A stretch of 64,000 nt of DNA from Nageia nagi (Eukaryota > Plantae > Pinophyta): the NCBI GenBank assembly GCA_050084985.1, contig JBITNC010000001.1, forward strand, positions 126,356,001 to 126,420,000. Direction: 5' to 3'. Below the pieces are notes generated by a model. That model did not search any database. It was not told the origin of the DNA and saw only the letters and a list, made by a program, of their open reading frames with translations. This document shows positions 11,841 to 24,760 of the stretch, one piece after another. Position 1 is the first letter of the stretch. Every line of letters begins with the position of its first letter. The position numbers and the translations under genes are program-made.

Positions 11841-13895
11841 TGGTTGACCTAAGTTCTAATTTATGTGATGCATTACTTGATGCATGGGTTGACAGTACCC
11901 TTAGCATCATGTGATGCATCAAGTAGAGACCAAAAAGAAGAAAAATAAATACATTATGTATTGATACATTGTATGATGCAAAATGTACAAAATAAAGTAG
12001 TGATTATAAGGTAGACTCCCATATTAACTAATCACACTAACAAATTGCAAATTGCTTGTAAATTATAGCATAGGCTACATGGGTACATAAGAAGTTAGCA
12101 CATGTATATTTTTTTGCATGCCAAATAAGTGGAAGCATTGGGAGCTTGTGTATTCTTCTGTTTGTAAGCTCTATGCTTCTATATCCCTCTCATTATTTTG
12201 TACAATTTTACATACTAGTTAAGTAATACCTATAACCCTCTCACTGTAAGATCTTATTTCGCAAGTATTTATTTTGGATCCCACTTCGGATATCTTTTCC
12301 TAATACAAATCCTTTATTTCTATCATTCATTGATTTGTTTCCACTAGTTTTCATAGGTAATATCTTAGACAAGCTCAAGGAAGCAAATGGGTTTGTAGCA
12401 ACATCATTGTATATGTAGTAAAATCATTAATCATTAGATTGGTGGAATGACTTTTTAAATTAAGCTCTTACTTAAGGTGCATTTCTTTTTCAACTTTGGG
12501 ATTTTGAGTAATTGATTTAAATGGAAATTAGTGCTGAAATTATGTTCATGGTATGTTGTTGGATTCATTAGGTTAAAAATACATAAATGTTTTCAGAGGA
12601 TATGAATATGTTCTCTTTGTGTTTCATTATTAGATTTTGTGGGTTGGAGTTGGCATCTGATTTTCATTATGATCTTTATAAAATAATAATGATAGGAAGC
12701 TAAATCTATTATTTTCCTAGGATTCAAAGTGGGGACCTCCTTAGCACCTACAATTTCATGATGCAAAGATGCACCTAGACTCTTTGATCAGATGAAGCTT
12801 TAAGGATCCAATGCTAATGGTTATTGTTAATATTTATTTTGTAGTTTTAAGGATCCTTAGGACCTTCCATCATTTGAACATGGAAAATATGCTACTACAC
12901 ACTCTTTCAAAAGTAAAAATTAGAAATAAAATTACTATTTTAAAAGATGTTGTTATAAAATATTTGTACAAATAGGCAATATTATTGAGTGTTAAATGCC
13001 TATGAATATTTCTTATATGCTAAGTGTTATACAAAGTTGTTCACATCTATCTATTTTCCTTATTATGTTAAATCTATATAAAATATCAATGTCCCTTACG
13101 AACATGTGCAAAGAAGGGGATTGGGTAGGGTGTCGTAATATATGGACTAGAAAGAAACTATGTTTACATCATGCATCTTGTTAAACAATTCATAACCATA
13201 AGATTTAACAAAACTCTATTTTAAATAGTATTTGATGTGTAATGTCCCCAAATTTGTAAGGATGGATGTTTTTGAAGGATTCAATGTGGCCAATCCTAAT
13301 GGCCAGATCTCATTTTGCAATAAGGTGATTAGACAACTTCTAGTTGAGACCAACAATTACTCCATGAGAAGTGATTTCTATGTATATCCCATGGGAGGGA
13401 CCTTGCACATGGTCTTTGGAATTCAATGGCTGAAACCTTTGGGGGAGATTAGGAAAAATTATGACACCTTGGAAATGAAGTTCCTAGCAAATGGAAAGGA
13501 GGTCATCATGAGAGGATTGCAGGGTAGCAATAGGGCCACTTCATTAGCCCATCGATTGGAAGTAATAGAAGATCCAAAGCAGCAACATCGAATCATTCCT
13601 CACATCCCAAATAGAACTACCATGCAAGACATCACCCGGTCCCAAGATTCTCCCTCCCACCATGTGACATAGTCCTGGATAGAAGATAACCCACTAGCAC
13701 TCCTTGATTTCATTCAGGACTTGGACATTAGGTTGTGGAGCTAGGAAGATAGACATTTTGGCCATCACTTGCAGCAGAAAATTGAAACTCTTTCTCCTTG
13801 TTCTTTCATCCGCATTACAACTTTTCAAGATGGGAAAGAGAAGGGCCAATTTATCTTGAGTTGCTTGGGGATAAGCAATTCAGGAAGGGGAGACT

Positions 13896-14922
13896 TGTAA
13901 TGTCCCCAAATTTGTAAAATGTCCACTTTCTCTCCTCTTGGAGTGTGACGTTCATGGCAAAGGAGGAGAAACCAAAAATAAATTAATTTAGGAGTATTTT
14001 ATTAATATTTTGCATTTATTTTTGTAACCAAGGCTAAAGAGACCCTTAAGGCACTCACCCTTGGATTTTATTTAATTAATCTAGCTCAATTATTTATAAT
14101 TAATGCAATATTAGGCTCTCATAATGGGATGTTGCATTTATGAGCCATTGATCTTGTAATTTGGCATCTTTAGGCAACCATTATGGGACGTTGGGCTTCC
14201 TGGGTCCCGAGATGATTTAATTTGTCATCCCAAGACACTAGAAGAGGGATGTTGCACTTTGGGTGATTCCAAGGTATGAGAGATCTTGTTATAAAAGGAT
14301 ATGGGATGCATCATTTGGGGGCATGCTTGAAGATCATCAGAGTTTATGTCTTTTCAGGGGTTAGTAGCTAGTGGAGTTACAGCTTTCCAACTAGCTTAGT
14401 GGAAGAGCTTGAGCCAATGAGGTGGAGTTGCTAGAATAGTTCGAGTAGTGTGGTGGAACTATTCCATCCCTGATCAAGATCCAACTAGTGGGGTAGATCC
14501 AGATCCAACCAATGCGACCATATTCCAGATCTAGATCTAACCTACCAAATCAATGTGAGGAGGCACGTCCTAGATCTAGACTAGCCAAATCAATGTGAGG
14601 AGGCTCATCTAGTATTAGGGAGAAGAGGTTGAAGAACTTGCAGGGCTAGATCATCCAAATCTACCTTGTGAGGTTAAACGTCCCCCTTCTTAGCATTTGG
14701 GTATTTTTCCTTGAGTATTGTACTTGTCCATTTGGGATGTCCCAGCTCTTGAAGAATAAAATTCATTTTTGGCTCTATTTCTTGTTCAATTTGTAGATCT
14801 AATTTGAATTGAGCTAGTTAGAAAAATATAAAAATATATATAAATTCCTAAGTAGTGATATTTCAACTTTGGAATATTACACTTTAACAAAATTGCATTT
14901 TGTGAGTTTTGGGGATATTATA
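13896..14922 (+). repeat. LTR (middle) of gypsy element
   Basis: tgtaatgtcccca...tggggatattata terminal inverted repeat, followed by the PBS. Confidence 0.93.
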
Positions 14923-14923
14923 G

Positions 14924-14935
14924 TGGTATTAGAGC
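14924..14935 (+). promoter_or_regulatory. primer-binding site, tRNA-iMet type
   Basis: tggtattagagc, one change from canonical TGGTATCAGAGC, 1 bp after the LTR. Confidence 0.85.
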
Positions 14936-14963
14936 TAGTTTTCCTGCCAGCCTGTATTAGCTC

Positions 14964-16702
14964 ATGCTGCCCAAGATCCATAATTACTACTTGAGAGGAA
15001 GAAGTGATCTTGATTACCAGCCGAGCTTGGAGGAGAGAGATGTAACAGATCTGGAGGGATCTCAAGAGTGGGAGGAAGTCGAACAAGGGAACATGGTTGA
15101 TTCCAATATAGCCATCCTGGATGCATTAAGGAAGATGATGGAGCAATTGCAGATACTCACATCCCAAAGAGGGAACCAAACTCCACCACCAGGTGGGAGA
15201 ATAGAAATAGCCAAGGAGAGAGCTCATCTAGGGCTAGATCTCATTACTAAAAGTCTGTACCTATTCCACCTAAGCCTCTTTTCAAAAAAGAGGAAGATTT
15301 AGAGGAGATCTATCGAAGACATTAGGAGAGGCTCGACCAATTGTTCGATGAGTACATGGCCAAACCAGTAGAGTATAGAAACATCATATCTTTCCAAGAA
15401 TTTCATGGACAATTGGATGGAGGACAAGGAGGATGCCCACCTATCTTTAAGGAGCCATTGCAGAAGATCCAATTGGAGAAATTTGATTGAGGTGCAGGGA
15501 TCTTGGTAAGAGGATGGATTCACTAGTTCCAAACGTACCTATCTTTCAATTCCATGGTAGAAGATGAGGCCATACATTTTGCCACACTCTCCCTGAAGGG
15601 ACGAGCCTATGAGTGGTGGCACCATGGATTGAAAACATTAGGGCATGACCAGATTTCAACTTTTGATGAATTTTGCGAAAGGTTGCTAGAACATTTTGAA
15701 AAGAAGACTGAAGAAAGTTACTTCCATGAGCTCACCAAGATCCAATAGAAAGGTATAATTAAAGAATATGTAGATGAGTTTATGAATGTTTCTATTATGG
15801 TTTCAGATCTATCAAAAGCTAGAAGGATGGCTATGATCATGGAGGGTTTGAATGTAAATATCAGAGGATCTATCAAAGTATTTGAGCCAAATGATCTTGA
15901 TGAGGCAATCAAAAGGGCCGTAGCACTTGAATCAACTAGTCTGATCTAAGGAAAGAGCAATCAAGGAAGGATGTAGCCACCCCAACAACAAATTATGCTA
16001 GCAAGTAAAATGAATGGGAGCTAAGGAAGGCTCATGTCTCCACCAAGGAGAAATGCATGGCCATTGGAGTAGACATAGAAGGATCAGAAGATCTCACATT
16101 CTAAAATAAGAAGAAGGAAAATATGCTTTATCTGTAGAGGATCATGGAAGCCAAGCCATCACTGCAATGGGAAGGTGTAGCTCAGTTATGTAGAGGTAAT
16201 GGAGATGGAGGAACCTGAATCAGATCTGTGGAGCATTTCAGAATTTGTGGAAGAGTTTTTCACTCATAGCACCTTGGCCACCATTAGTGGAGCACCCCAT
16301 TACCCCACATTATGTATTCAAGGAAGAGCTTTAGGAGAAGAAGTGACTATTCTTATCGATGGAGGGGCATATCACAACTTCATTGATGCTTTGTTTACTG
16401 CTGAGAAAGGAGTAAGGATGGATGTTTTTGAAGGATTCAATGTGGCCAATGCTAATGGCCAAATCTCATTTTGTAATAAGGTGATTAGACAACTTCTAGT
16501 TGATACTAACAATTACTCCATGAGAAGTGATTTCTATGTATATCCCATGGGAGGGACCTTGCACATGGTCTTTGGAATTCAATGGCTAAAAACTTTGGGG
16601 GAGAATAGGACAAATTATGACACCTTGGAAATGAAGTTCCTGGCAAATGGAAAGGAGGTCATCATGAGAGGATTGCAAGGTAGTAATAGGGCCACTTCAT
16701 AA
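14964..16702 (+). pseudogene. gypsy gag + aspartic protease, disrupted
   Basis: AIHFATLSLKGRAYEWW (retrotransposon gag), CFICRGSWKPSHHC knuckle, ILIDGGAYHNFID protease, GIQWLKTLG. No RT, RNaseH or integrase follows. Confidence 0.9.
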
Positions 16703-17051
16703 GCCCATCGATTAGAAGTAATAGAAGATCCAAAGTAGCAACATCGAATCATTCCTCACATCCTAAATAGAACTACCATGCAAGACATCACCCAGTCCCA
16801 AGATTCTCCCTCCCACCATGTGATGCAGTCTTAGATAGAAGATAACCCACTAGCACTCCTTGATTTCATTCAAGACTTGGACGTTGGGTTATGGAGCTAT
16901 GAAGGTAGACATTTTGGCCATCACTTGCAGCAAAAAATTGAAACTCTTTCTCCTTATTCTTTCATCCGCATTACAACTTTTTAGGATGGGAAAGAGAAGA
17001 GCCAATTTATCTTAAGTTGCTTAGGGATAAGCAATTCAGGAAGGGGAGACT

Positions 17052-18154
17052 TGTAATGTCCCCAAATTTGTAAAATTTCCACTTTCTCTCCTCTTGGAGT
17101 GTGACGTTCATGGCAAAGGAGGAGAAACCAAAAATAAATTAATTTAGGAGTATTTTATTAATATTTTGCATTTATTTTTGTAACCAAGGCTAAAGAGACC
17201 CTTGAGGCACTCACCCTTGGATTTTATTTAATTAATCTGGCTCAATTATTTGTAATTAATGAATATTAGTCTCTCATATTGGGATGTTGCATTTATGATC
17301 CATTGATCTTGTAATTTGGCATCTTTAGGCAACCATTATGGGATGTTGGGCTTCCTGGGTCCCTAGATGATTTAATTTGTCATCCCAAGACACTAGAAGA
17401 GGGATGGTGCACTTTGGATGATTCCAAGGTATGAGAGATCTTGTTATAAAAGGAGATGGGATGCATCATTTGGGGGCATGCTTGACGATCATCAAATTTT
17501 ATCTATTTTCAGGGGTTAGCAGCTAGTGGAGTTGCAACTTTCTAGCTAGCTTAGTGGGAGAGCTCGAGCCAGTGAGGAGGAGTTCTTACTTAAGCTAGGA
17601 TAGTAGCTTGAGCCAGTGAGGTGGAGTTGATAGAGTACTCAAGCTAATGAGGTGGAGTTACTAGAATAGTTCAAGCCAGTGTGGTGGAACTATTCCATCC
17701 TTGATCAAGATCCAACCAGTTGGGCATATCTAGATCCAACTAGTGTTGCCGTATTCCAGATCTAGGTCTAACCTACCAAATCAGTGCGAGGAGGCATGTC
17801 CTAGATCTAAACTAACCAAATTAGTGTGAGGATGCTCATCCAGTATTGGGGAGAAGTGGTTGAAGAACTTGCAAGGCTAGATCATCCAAATCTACCTTAT
17901 GAGGGCAAACATCCCCCTTCTTGAGCATTTGGGTATTTTTCCTTGAGTATTGTACTTGTCCATTTGGGACATCCCAGCTTTTGAAGACTAAAATTCATTT
18001 TTGGCTCTATTTCTTATTCAATTTGCAGATCTGATTTGAATTGAACTAGTTAGAAAAATATAAAAATATATATAAATTCCTAAGTTGTGATATTTCAACT
18101 TTGGAATATTACACTTTAACAAAATCTCATTTTGTGAGTTTTAGGGATATCACA
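17052..18154 (+). repeat. 3' LTR of gypsy element
   Basis: Homologous to 13896-14922, with extra internal repeat units. Confidence 0.93.
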
Positions 18155-18500
18155 TGATGTATGTATGAACCCTATTGCAGATCTCCCTATATCATGCATG
18201 CTTTTGAGGATGTTGGTTTCACTACTATTAATATTTATTACACTTGGTGTAATATTGTTAATACATATTATTATATGCATGTGAATTTACCTCTTCTTGA
18301 GTCATACAGTCAAAAAATTTACGAATGATTAAAGAATGAATGAAGGAGCTTGACCTCATGAAGGGAATTATTATCAATGTAGGTCTATAGGAGTTGAATC
18401 CATGTTCAAGAGTGAAGAGCATAGAGAGTAGTATGTATTTGTAGCAAGTAAAATACACATTCATCCTTCAATCATTCTTCTCAATAGAATGAATACTTCA

Positions 18501-18612
18501 AATACCCTAATACATATGTATGAAAAATGTGGAAGCATACAAAAGATATGGAAATCGATACACATGTACACATTTAATGTGTAAGCATACAAAAGACATG
18601 AAAATTATTTGA
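18501..18612 (+). pseudogene. PLS-class PPR motif fragment (locally duplicated)
   Basis: NTLIHMYEKCGSIQKIWK followed by a degenerate second IHMY..SIQK.*KLFD. Confidence 0.7.
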
Positions 18613-19011
18613 CCTTCAATCTCACATCTATGTCATTGCTTTTCGTATATCAATTTCATTTTGGTAAATTCATTGTATCTAATACTCTAAGTGTGTTGTC
18701 ACAACTGATGTATTTTGATGGCCATGTAGTTGATCACTTTTCATTACTTGGCTAGTGTCTAATAGCATTGATTTGATGAGAATAAATGTTCGATAAATTT
18801 ATACCCTTATTTTTTATTTTCATGGATAAGAGGGACTTCATGTTGCTAAGAGTGTGGGGGACTGTAAGCAATCAAATAGTCAACATTATTTCAAGTTGCT
18901 CAATTGTAGAGAGAAAATAGGAACTCTTGAAATGGTAAAACTCTCTCTTAAATTATTATTATTATTATTAAATATTATTTTTTACTATTATAATAATATT
19001 GTTATTTTCTT

Positions 19012-20745
19012 ATTTTTTTGGTAAAAGAAAAAAATATTTACAATGGGTTTTAAGAAAAGAGAGCCCCAAAACCTGTATTTACAAGGTTATAAATATTTAG
19101 TAGAGTATCATTTGGAACAAAAAGAAACACAAAATAAACTTCTCATAGTTGTGCTGCCCATAGCTAAGAGAGAATAACTATGGGTTACCATCCTTCTAAA
19201 CTATTTTTAAATCACACCATCCATGTACCTTATGAATAATTGGTCTCTAATCAATCTCAAAGTTTGAATTCTTCTTGTTGAAATAGTTCCATAATAGCTA
19301 CATCTCCATATTCATCATTCCCTCTAAGTTTGGGATCAGAATAGCTATAAGAACTTCCTTCTGGTGACAAGATAGAGTCACCTTCCACCTTTCTCCTTCA
19401 AATATTTACTTATTATACCATGGAAATTGGGTAGCTTTTAGTACTCTTTTGATCATCCTAACATTTTTCCATTCCTCTCCTCTCTTATTGATCCATCCCC
19501 ATTTTACAAAGTACCTCTACTTCTTGTAGACCTTTTTAAACCTCATCTAAGGGATGAGAGTTTGTAGTTTGCTAGGACCAATAGGGTCCAGTTTGGAGCA
19601 CTATTCTAGTGGTGATAGGGACATATGATGCTATTGTGCTTCCTTTATCTTCTCAAAGTGATCATGGCTACTCATGGGGAGCATGACTCTTGATATCCAT
19701 ACTTTGGTGGGGACCAAATCCAATCATCCTCTTCTTCTTGGGGGCCTAACATTCTTTTGAATCCTCATCCTTTGACTAGAGAGCAAACTCCATAGGAGTG
19801 TCATCTTTCCCACCCATAACTAGAGGAATTAATAAATCCTACTTCTCTTCTTCCACCTCCATTCTGGTTAAGTCTATATGCTCTTCCTCATCATCCTCAT
19901 CATATGAGGAATCCACCAGCTTAATTTATGTTTCAAGATTAGGTTCAAGTTCAGGTTCTAACACTTCCTCCTCTAAGGTAAGATTCTTCAAGTTAGAAGT
20001 CTATGACTAGGGGTATGGTTGGTTCCTTAGGTAGTGAGAGGCTTCTATGGGCTTTACAACCTAGATTAACCTTGGAGTAGGATCTAATAGTGGGGAAATA
20101 AGCATTTATTGATACAAGGGCCTAATTTTTCTAGCACCCACATTTACAAAATCTACTAAAACCTTGTTGAAACCCTAGTGGACTAGCATTGCTGGCCTAT
20201 TTTTCTTAATGAAAGCATATAGGGAATGGAATAAGAAATAAGGCAAATTGATTATGCAATTATCCTTTAAGTGATTTAACAATACGAAATGAACACTAAA
20301 CAATTCCATGTACCTTCCTTCCATTATGACTAGCTTCATAATCTCCTTGGCCACCTCGTCCCATAGGTAGTGAATGGTTGAAATATGATAAGCTAACTTC
20401 CTTATTTTAGGTAGGAGGACCCATGGCCTGTATAATAATTATATATCCAATATTGAAATCTTCATGTCTCTTTTGTATTATCTTCCTAAATTTTCCATAC
20501 CTATAGCTACCTCAATAAGTTCTAGATTGATGGAAAAGTATTTGCCATCGACCACAAATCTACAATTATCCCACAAATTAGCTACCTATTTAGACCAGCT
20601 AGGATTGTATCCATTTATGTCATCCATAAAATCATCAATGCCCCCATTACACAAAACTCACCATACTTCTGGGTCCCTTCTCAATTCTTCCCCCATAGTA
20701 GGTTCCAGGTGCTTTTGACCTGCCATCCTTTCTGCATGTAGCCAA
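19012..20745 (-). mobile_element. orphan-ORF element with A-rich 3' tail (possible retroposed TE accessory gene)
   Basis: GC-richer block between ATT-rich flanks. Minus ORF relic from ATG 20726 stays in frame about 190 codons. T-run 19013-19019 at the minus-strand 3' end. Confidence 0.55.
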
Positions 20746-20749
20746 TTGA

Positions 20750-21000
20750 TTGTTATTAATAAATATCATCATTTTATTGTTATTTTCATATTATTGTTAG
20801 TATTTTTTTAAATTATTATTATTTTTTATATTTGTATCATTAAATAATGGTTAGTCATGTTATTCTAATTATTTTTATTCTTATCATTATTATTATTTTT
20901 AATCTTATTATTATACTTATTTTCTTAGTTGTTGTTGTTATTATTATTATTATTACAATTATTATTAATATTATTATTTTCTTTATTTATTATTATTATT
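20750..21000. repeat. degenerate (ATT)n low-complexity tract
   Basis: ttattattatt runs. Similar tracts at 7553-7610 and 18950-19010. Confidence 0.8.
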
Positions 21001-21007
21001 AACCAAA

Positions 21008-22770
21008 TGTTAGGAACTTAAAAAATCTAAAATGGAATTTGAGATAAATAATAGAAAAATATGAACTAGCAACATATCTAAATAAAAATAGAACAACAAT
21101 ATGACTCAAAATAGCAGGAAGATAACAAGAGAGAAACTTTACTAATAGAAAAATGAATTGTAGGTCACTTTGATAAGGATACCTCCTTACAATTTAAAAT
21201 AATATATTTTTGAAGATGATGTTTATTCCTCTCCTAGCAAAACTAAAAAAAGTGTTTTACCTTGTATACAATAAAAAATACCAAAATACAAAATAACCAT
21301 ACACTCATAATGAATCAATTAAAGCAAATGGAATAATATACTTATATTAATAACCAAATAACAATACTAAATAAATTTACTGATAACAATACAAATAACT
21401 AGTCATTTTGAGGGGCCTTCTTCTCTAAGACTCAAAAAGATAATTGATTTTACAAGATGCTCTCTTTACCCCTCTTACAAGTATTTATAGTCCTTCTACC
21501 CTAATTAGTGGTTTACATTCAAACTGATTATTCATCTTATAAAATATGATGCTTCACATTACAAGTCCATGCAAGAGAATATATAAATTAACTAAGATAT
21601 AAATAATCCTTAGTAAATGTTAGGATATGGGATCCTTATATGCCATCCCTCTTAGAAAATAACTTTTTCCTCAAAGTTAAAAATTTGGAAACTCCTAATA
21701 CAAATCATGTGCTTTTTCCCATGTTGCATCTTCAAGTGCTATCCCTCTCTATTAAATCAAAAATTGGGTTATGGTATGATTATAAAGGTTGAGGATGCAT
21801 TTGTATAAAACTACTCTAGGTTCAATCATCACGGAGCCATCATTAGTAAATTCTGGTATCTCTAATTGAATATGAACCTATAACCCTAATAACTTTTTTA
21901 GACATGAAACATAAAATATAGGGTGAACCTTAGAGGATATTGGTAACTCCAACTTATAAGAAATAAGTCCAATGCATTATATAACCTTGTAAGGGCCATA
22001 AACTTTTGGAGCTAGTTTATGAGGACCCTTAATATTCAAGGATTTCTATCTATATGGTTTAAAGTGTAGGAAGACCATATTGCCTTCTTAAGATTCCTAT
22101 TTCATATGATTGTGATCATCCTATTGATTCATGTGATGTTGAGTAGTGCATAAATTCTCCTAAAGATGATGAGGGATTTTTCTTGAGTATGTAAATCAGT
22201 ATCAACTACTTAGACCTTCGTGCTACTTGGGATATATGTTACAATTATGGATGGTGCTTGATCATATAATGCATAGTATGGTATCATCTGAATTACTATA
22301 TGGTATGAAGTATTATACCATCATTCTACCAAAGGGAGCTATTTTACCCAATGAAATGGTTGGGATGATGCAAAATAATGCAAATAAGTTTCCAAGGACT
22401 TGTTAATAATTTGACTATCCATCAATGTAGGGGTGATAGGTTGAACTCATTTTGAGTTAAGTTCCTTACAACTTGAATTTTTGTTTCCAAAATTTGCTAG
22501 TGAATGTACGATATCAATCATTAACTATGATAGAGGGCATACTATGAAGATTGAAAATATTATCAACAAAAAGCTGGGCCACATTGACATTTTTAAATGA
22601 ATTTGCTGAAGAGAAAAAATGTATATAATTCAATAATTGATTAACTACCACTAGAATAAAAGATTTATCTTAAGAATTTTAGATACTTTCAATGAATTCC
22701 ATCAAAATATCAATTCAAGTGTAGCTTGAGATAAGTAAGGGTTGAAGTAAAATAGGAGTTCCAACTATTT
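21008..22770 (-). mobile_element. Ty3/gypsy chromovirus 3' fragment (integrase, chromodomain, PPT, LTR 21008-21640)
   Basis: Minus KLAPKVYGPYKV..YKLELP..KVHPIFYVSCLKK, LEDATWE, integrase core YHPYIDG. PPT complement tgccatccctctt at 21641-21653. Confidence 0.85.
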
Positions 22771-24257
22771 CACCTTTCTTCCATTGATAAATATTGCATG
22801 TGACAATAAATTTCTTGATGTCTTATTTCATTTATCCTAGTAAAAAGATCAAGCCTATAGGCAAAAATTTGTTCTATATGTATCTCAACTAGCATAAACA
22901 AGTCAAATACACATACAAACCTCAAATTACACAACTTTGCTTTACTTAATGTGCATTGGTTAGAAATCTTGATAAACATATGATCAAATTCTGAACTCAA
23001 ACTTTGCAAGAATGTAAAGAAACTCTAAATGCATATAAATGGGTAGGAGGACACCCAAACTTAGGCCCTTTGAGGTACCTAGGAGAGCATGAAATGAGTC
23101 TCCTCACTTCAAAAAGCATGTGAGCCTCCAAGCCATTAATTCATTAAGAACAAGTAAAATTTGTATGCTTATTATGCAAATTATTTGGTTTATGTATTCC
23201 TAATACAAATTCAATGGTAGATTCAAATAATGAAAGTAATATTTATAAGTATTGATAAAAAAATGAAAGATCTAAGACTTTAGACATTAGAAACCTTAAA
23301 ATGATTCGAACACAAATATCTTTAAAGATTCTTGAATAAAAGAGATTCAAGGATACCATGAAGATTGAATGAGTATTCACAATATATATTTATTCTGCTA
23401 TGGATTTAAACAATAATTCTAGTAGTGGAAATGTCAGATATCATGGTTTTAGCATACACATCATACTAAATGCAAATAATTTGTGTTTAATACAATAGGT
23501 AGATAGATCCAAGCTTTTCCAATGGTTGAGAGATCTCCAAAACCTACAAGAGACTTGAATATATGCAATACATACAATAATTCAACAATTTAACCATATA
23601 AATCATATGTAAATATCACCTTAAGGATGTGAACTCAAGATTTGATTATCTTGATGAAGATTTATGGAGAAAAACATTGAATCCTCCAAAACTTGCTCCA
23701 AACCCAAGCAATGATTTTGGAGCAACAATTGCGAGAACAAAAATCATAAGTGTGTGTAAAAAAATAATGAGCCAAGAATTAGAAATCTAATTTACAATTG
23801 AGTTTATACCTCCTTTGATAACTTAAATGAATATAGCTAAATACCCATTTTTGCACCTTTTTGAGCTTAAGTCACTTTTTGCTCTAATTTAGTCTTTTGA
23901 GTAGTTTGATTTTGCATAATAAATATTAGGAATAAATCAATAATGCATTACAACATGTTAATGTTATAAAAATACATCTACTCAAAAAAGTGTTATTTTT
24001 TAGTGTCTATATTTTCCCCTTGTTGGAATATGTATTTTGTACAATAGACTATGTTCAACAAGTGTAGATACCTATATGTTAGTTGGAAAATATTTAAAAT
24101 TCATACATTATGAAATTTGAATATTTAAACAAAATTTGAAATTTAAACTTTGAAAATTTTGTAATTCCAAAACTTTGAACATTTGAACAATTTGAAATAA
24201 CTTGAACATTCTGAATAACTAGGTAAAAATGATACATTCATGGTAGAAAAAAATATA

Positions 24258-24760
24258 AAATTTAAAAATAATATGAATAGGGATTAAAATGTAGTATTTT
24301 TTAAATTTGAACCCTAAACAATGTGTTCTTGGAGTTTTGAAAACTAAAAATTTAGAACAAATATGAAAAGGAATTCAAATGTAGTATTCATCAAATTCAA
24401 ATCCTAAACAATGTATTTCTAGAGGTTTAAAAACTTAAAAATTTAAAACAAATATTAAGAGGAATTTGAATGTAGTATTTGTCAAATTCGTATCATAATT
24501 AATTTGTTCATGGAGATTTAAAAACTAAAAATTAAGAACAAATATGAAGATGAATTTGAATGTAAGATTCATCAAATTTGAATCCTAAACAATGTGTTCT
24601 TGGTAAATTTGGAACAAATATGGATGACAAGTTGAATGTACTTTGTAATAATTCAACACTAACTAATTTGTTCATGAAAAATTTAGAATAAACATATGAA
24701 GCAATTCTAACATAGTATTCATCAAATTCGAATGCTAAGCAATGTGTTTGTGGAGGTAAA
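24258..24760. repeat. ~91-bp tandem repeat, 5-6 units
   Basis: Recurring aatttagaacaaatatgaa..aatgtagtattcatcaaattcgaatcctaaacaatgtgttc at ~24258, 24349, 24440, 24530, 24606 and 24680. Confidence 0.85.

Larger units (their letters stand above)
13238..18154 (+). mobile_element. non-autonomous Ty3/gypsy (TR-GAG-like: gag + protease only) with partial tandem duplication
   Basis: Starts TG and ends CA with TSD TGATG (13233-13237, 18155-18159). LTRs 13896-14922 and 17052-18154. PBS tggtattagagc 14924-14935. PPT aggaaggggagac precedes both LTRs. Confidence 0.95.
12003..18445. repeat. duplicated segment copy B, split by gypsy insertion 13238-18154
   Basis: 12003-13237 and 18160-18445 rejoin to match 7942-9490. 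Confidence 0.9.

Noticed and set aside
11873-11925. 12-bp inverted repeat as a Helitron 3' hairpin
   Set aside because: Loop is too long, and there is no CTRR terminus or matching 5' TC end.
21001-21008. aaccaaa before the LTR as a PBS remnant implying a tandem element
   Set aside because: Only 4-5 informative bases next to low-complexity sequence.
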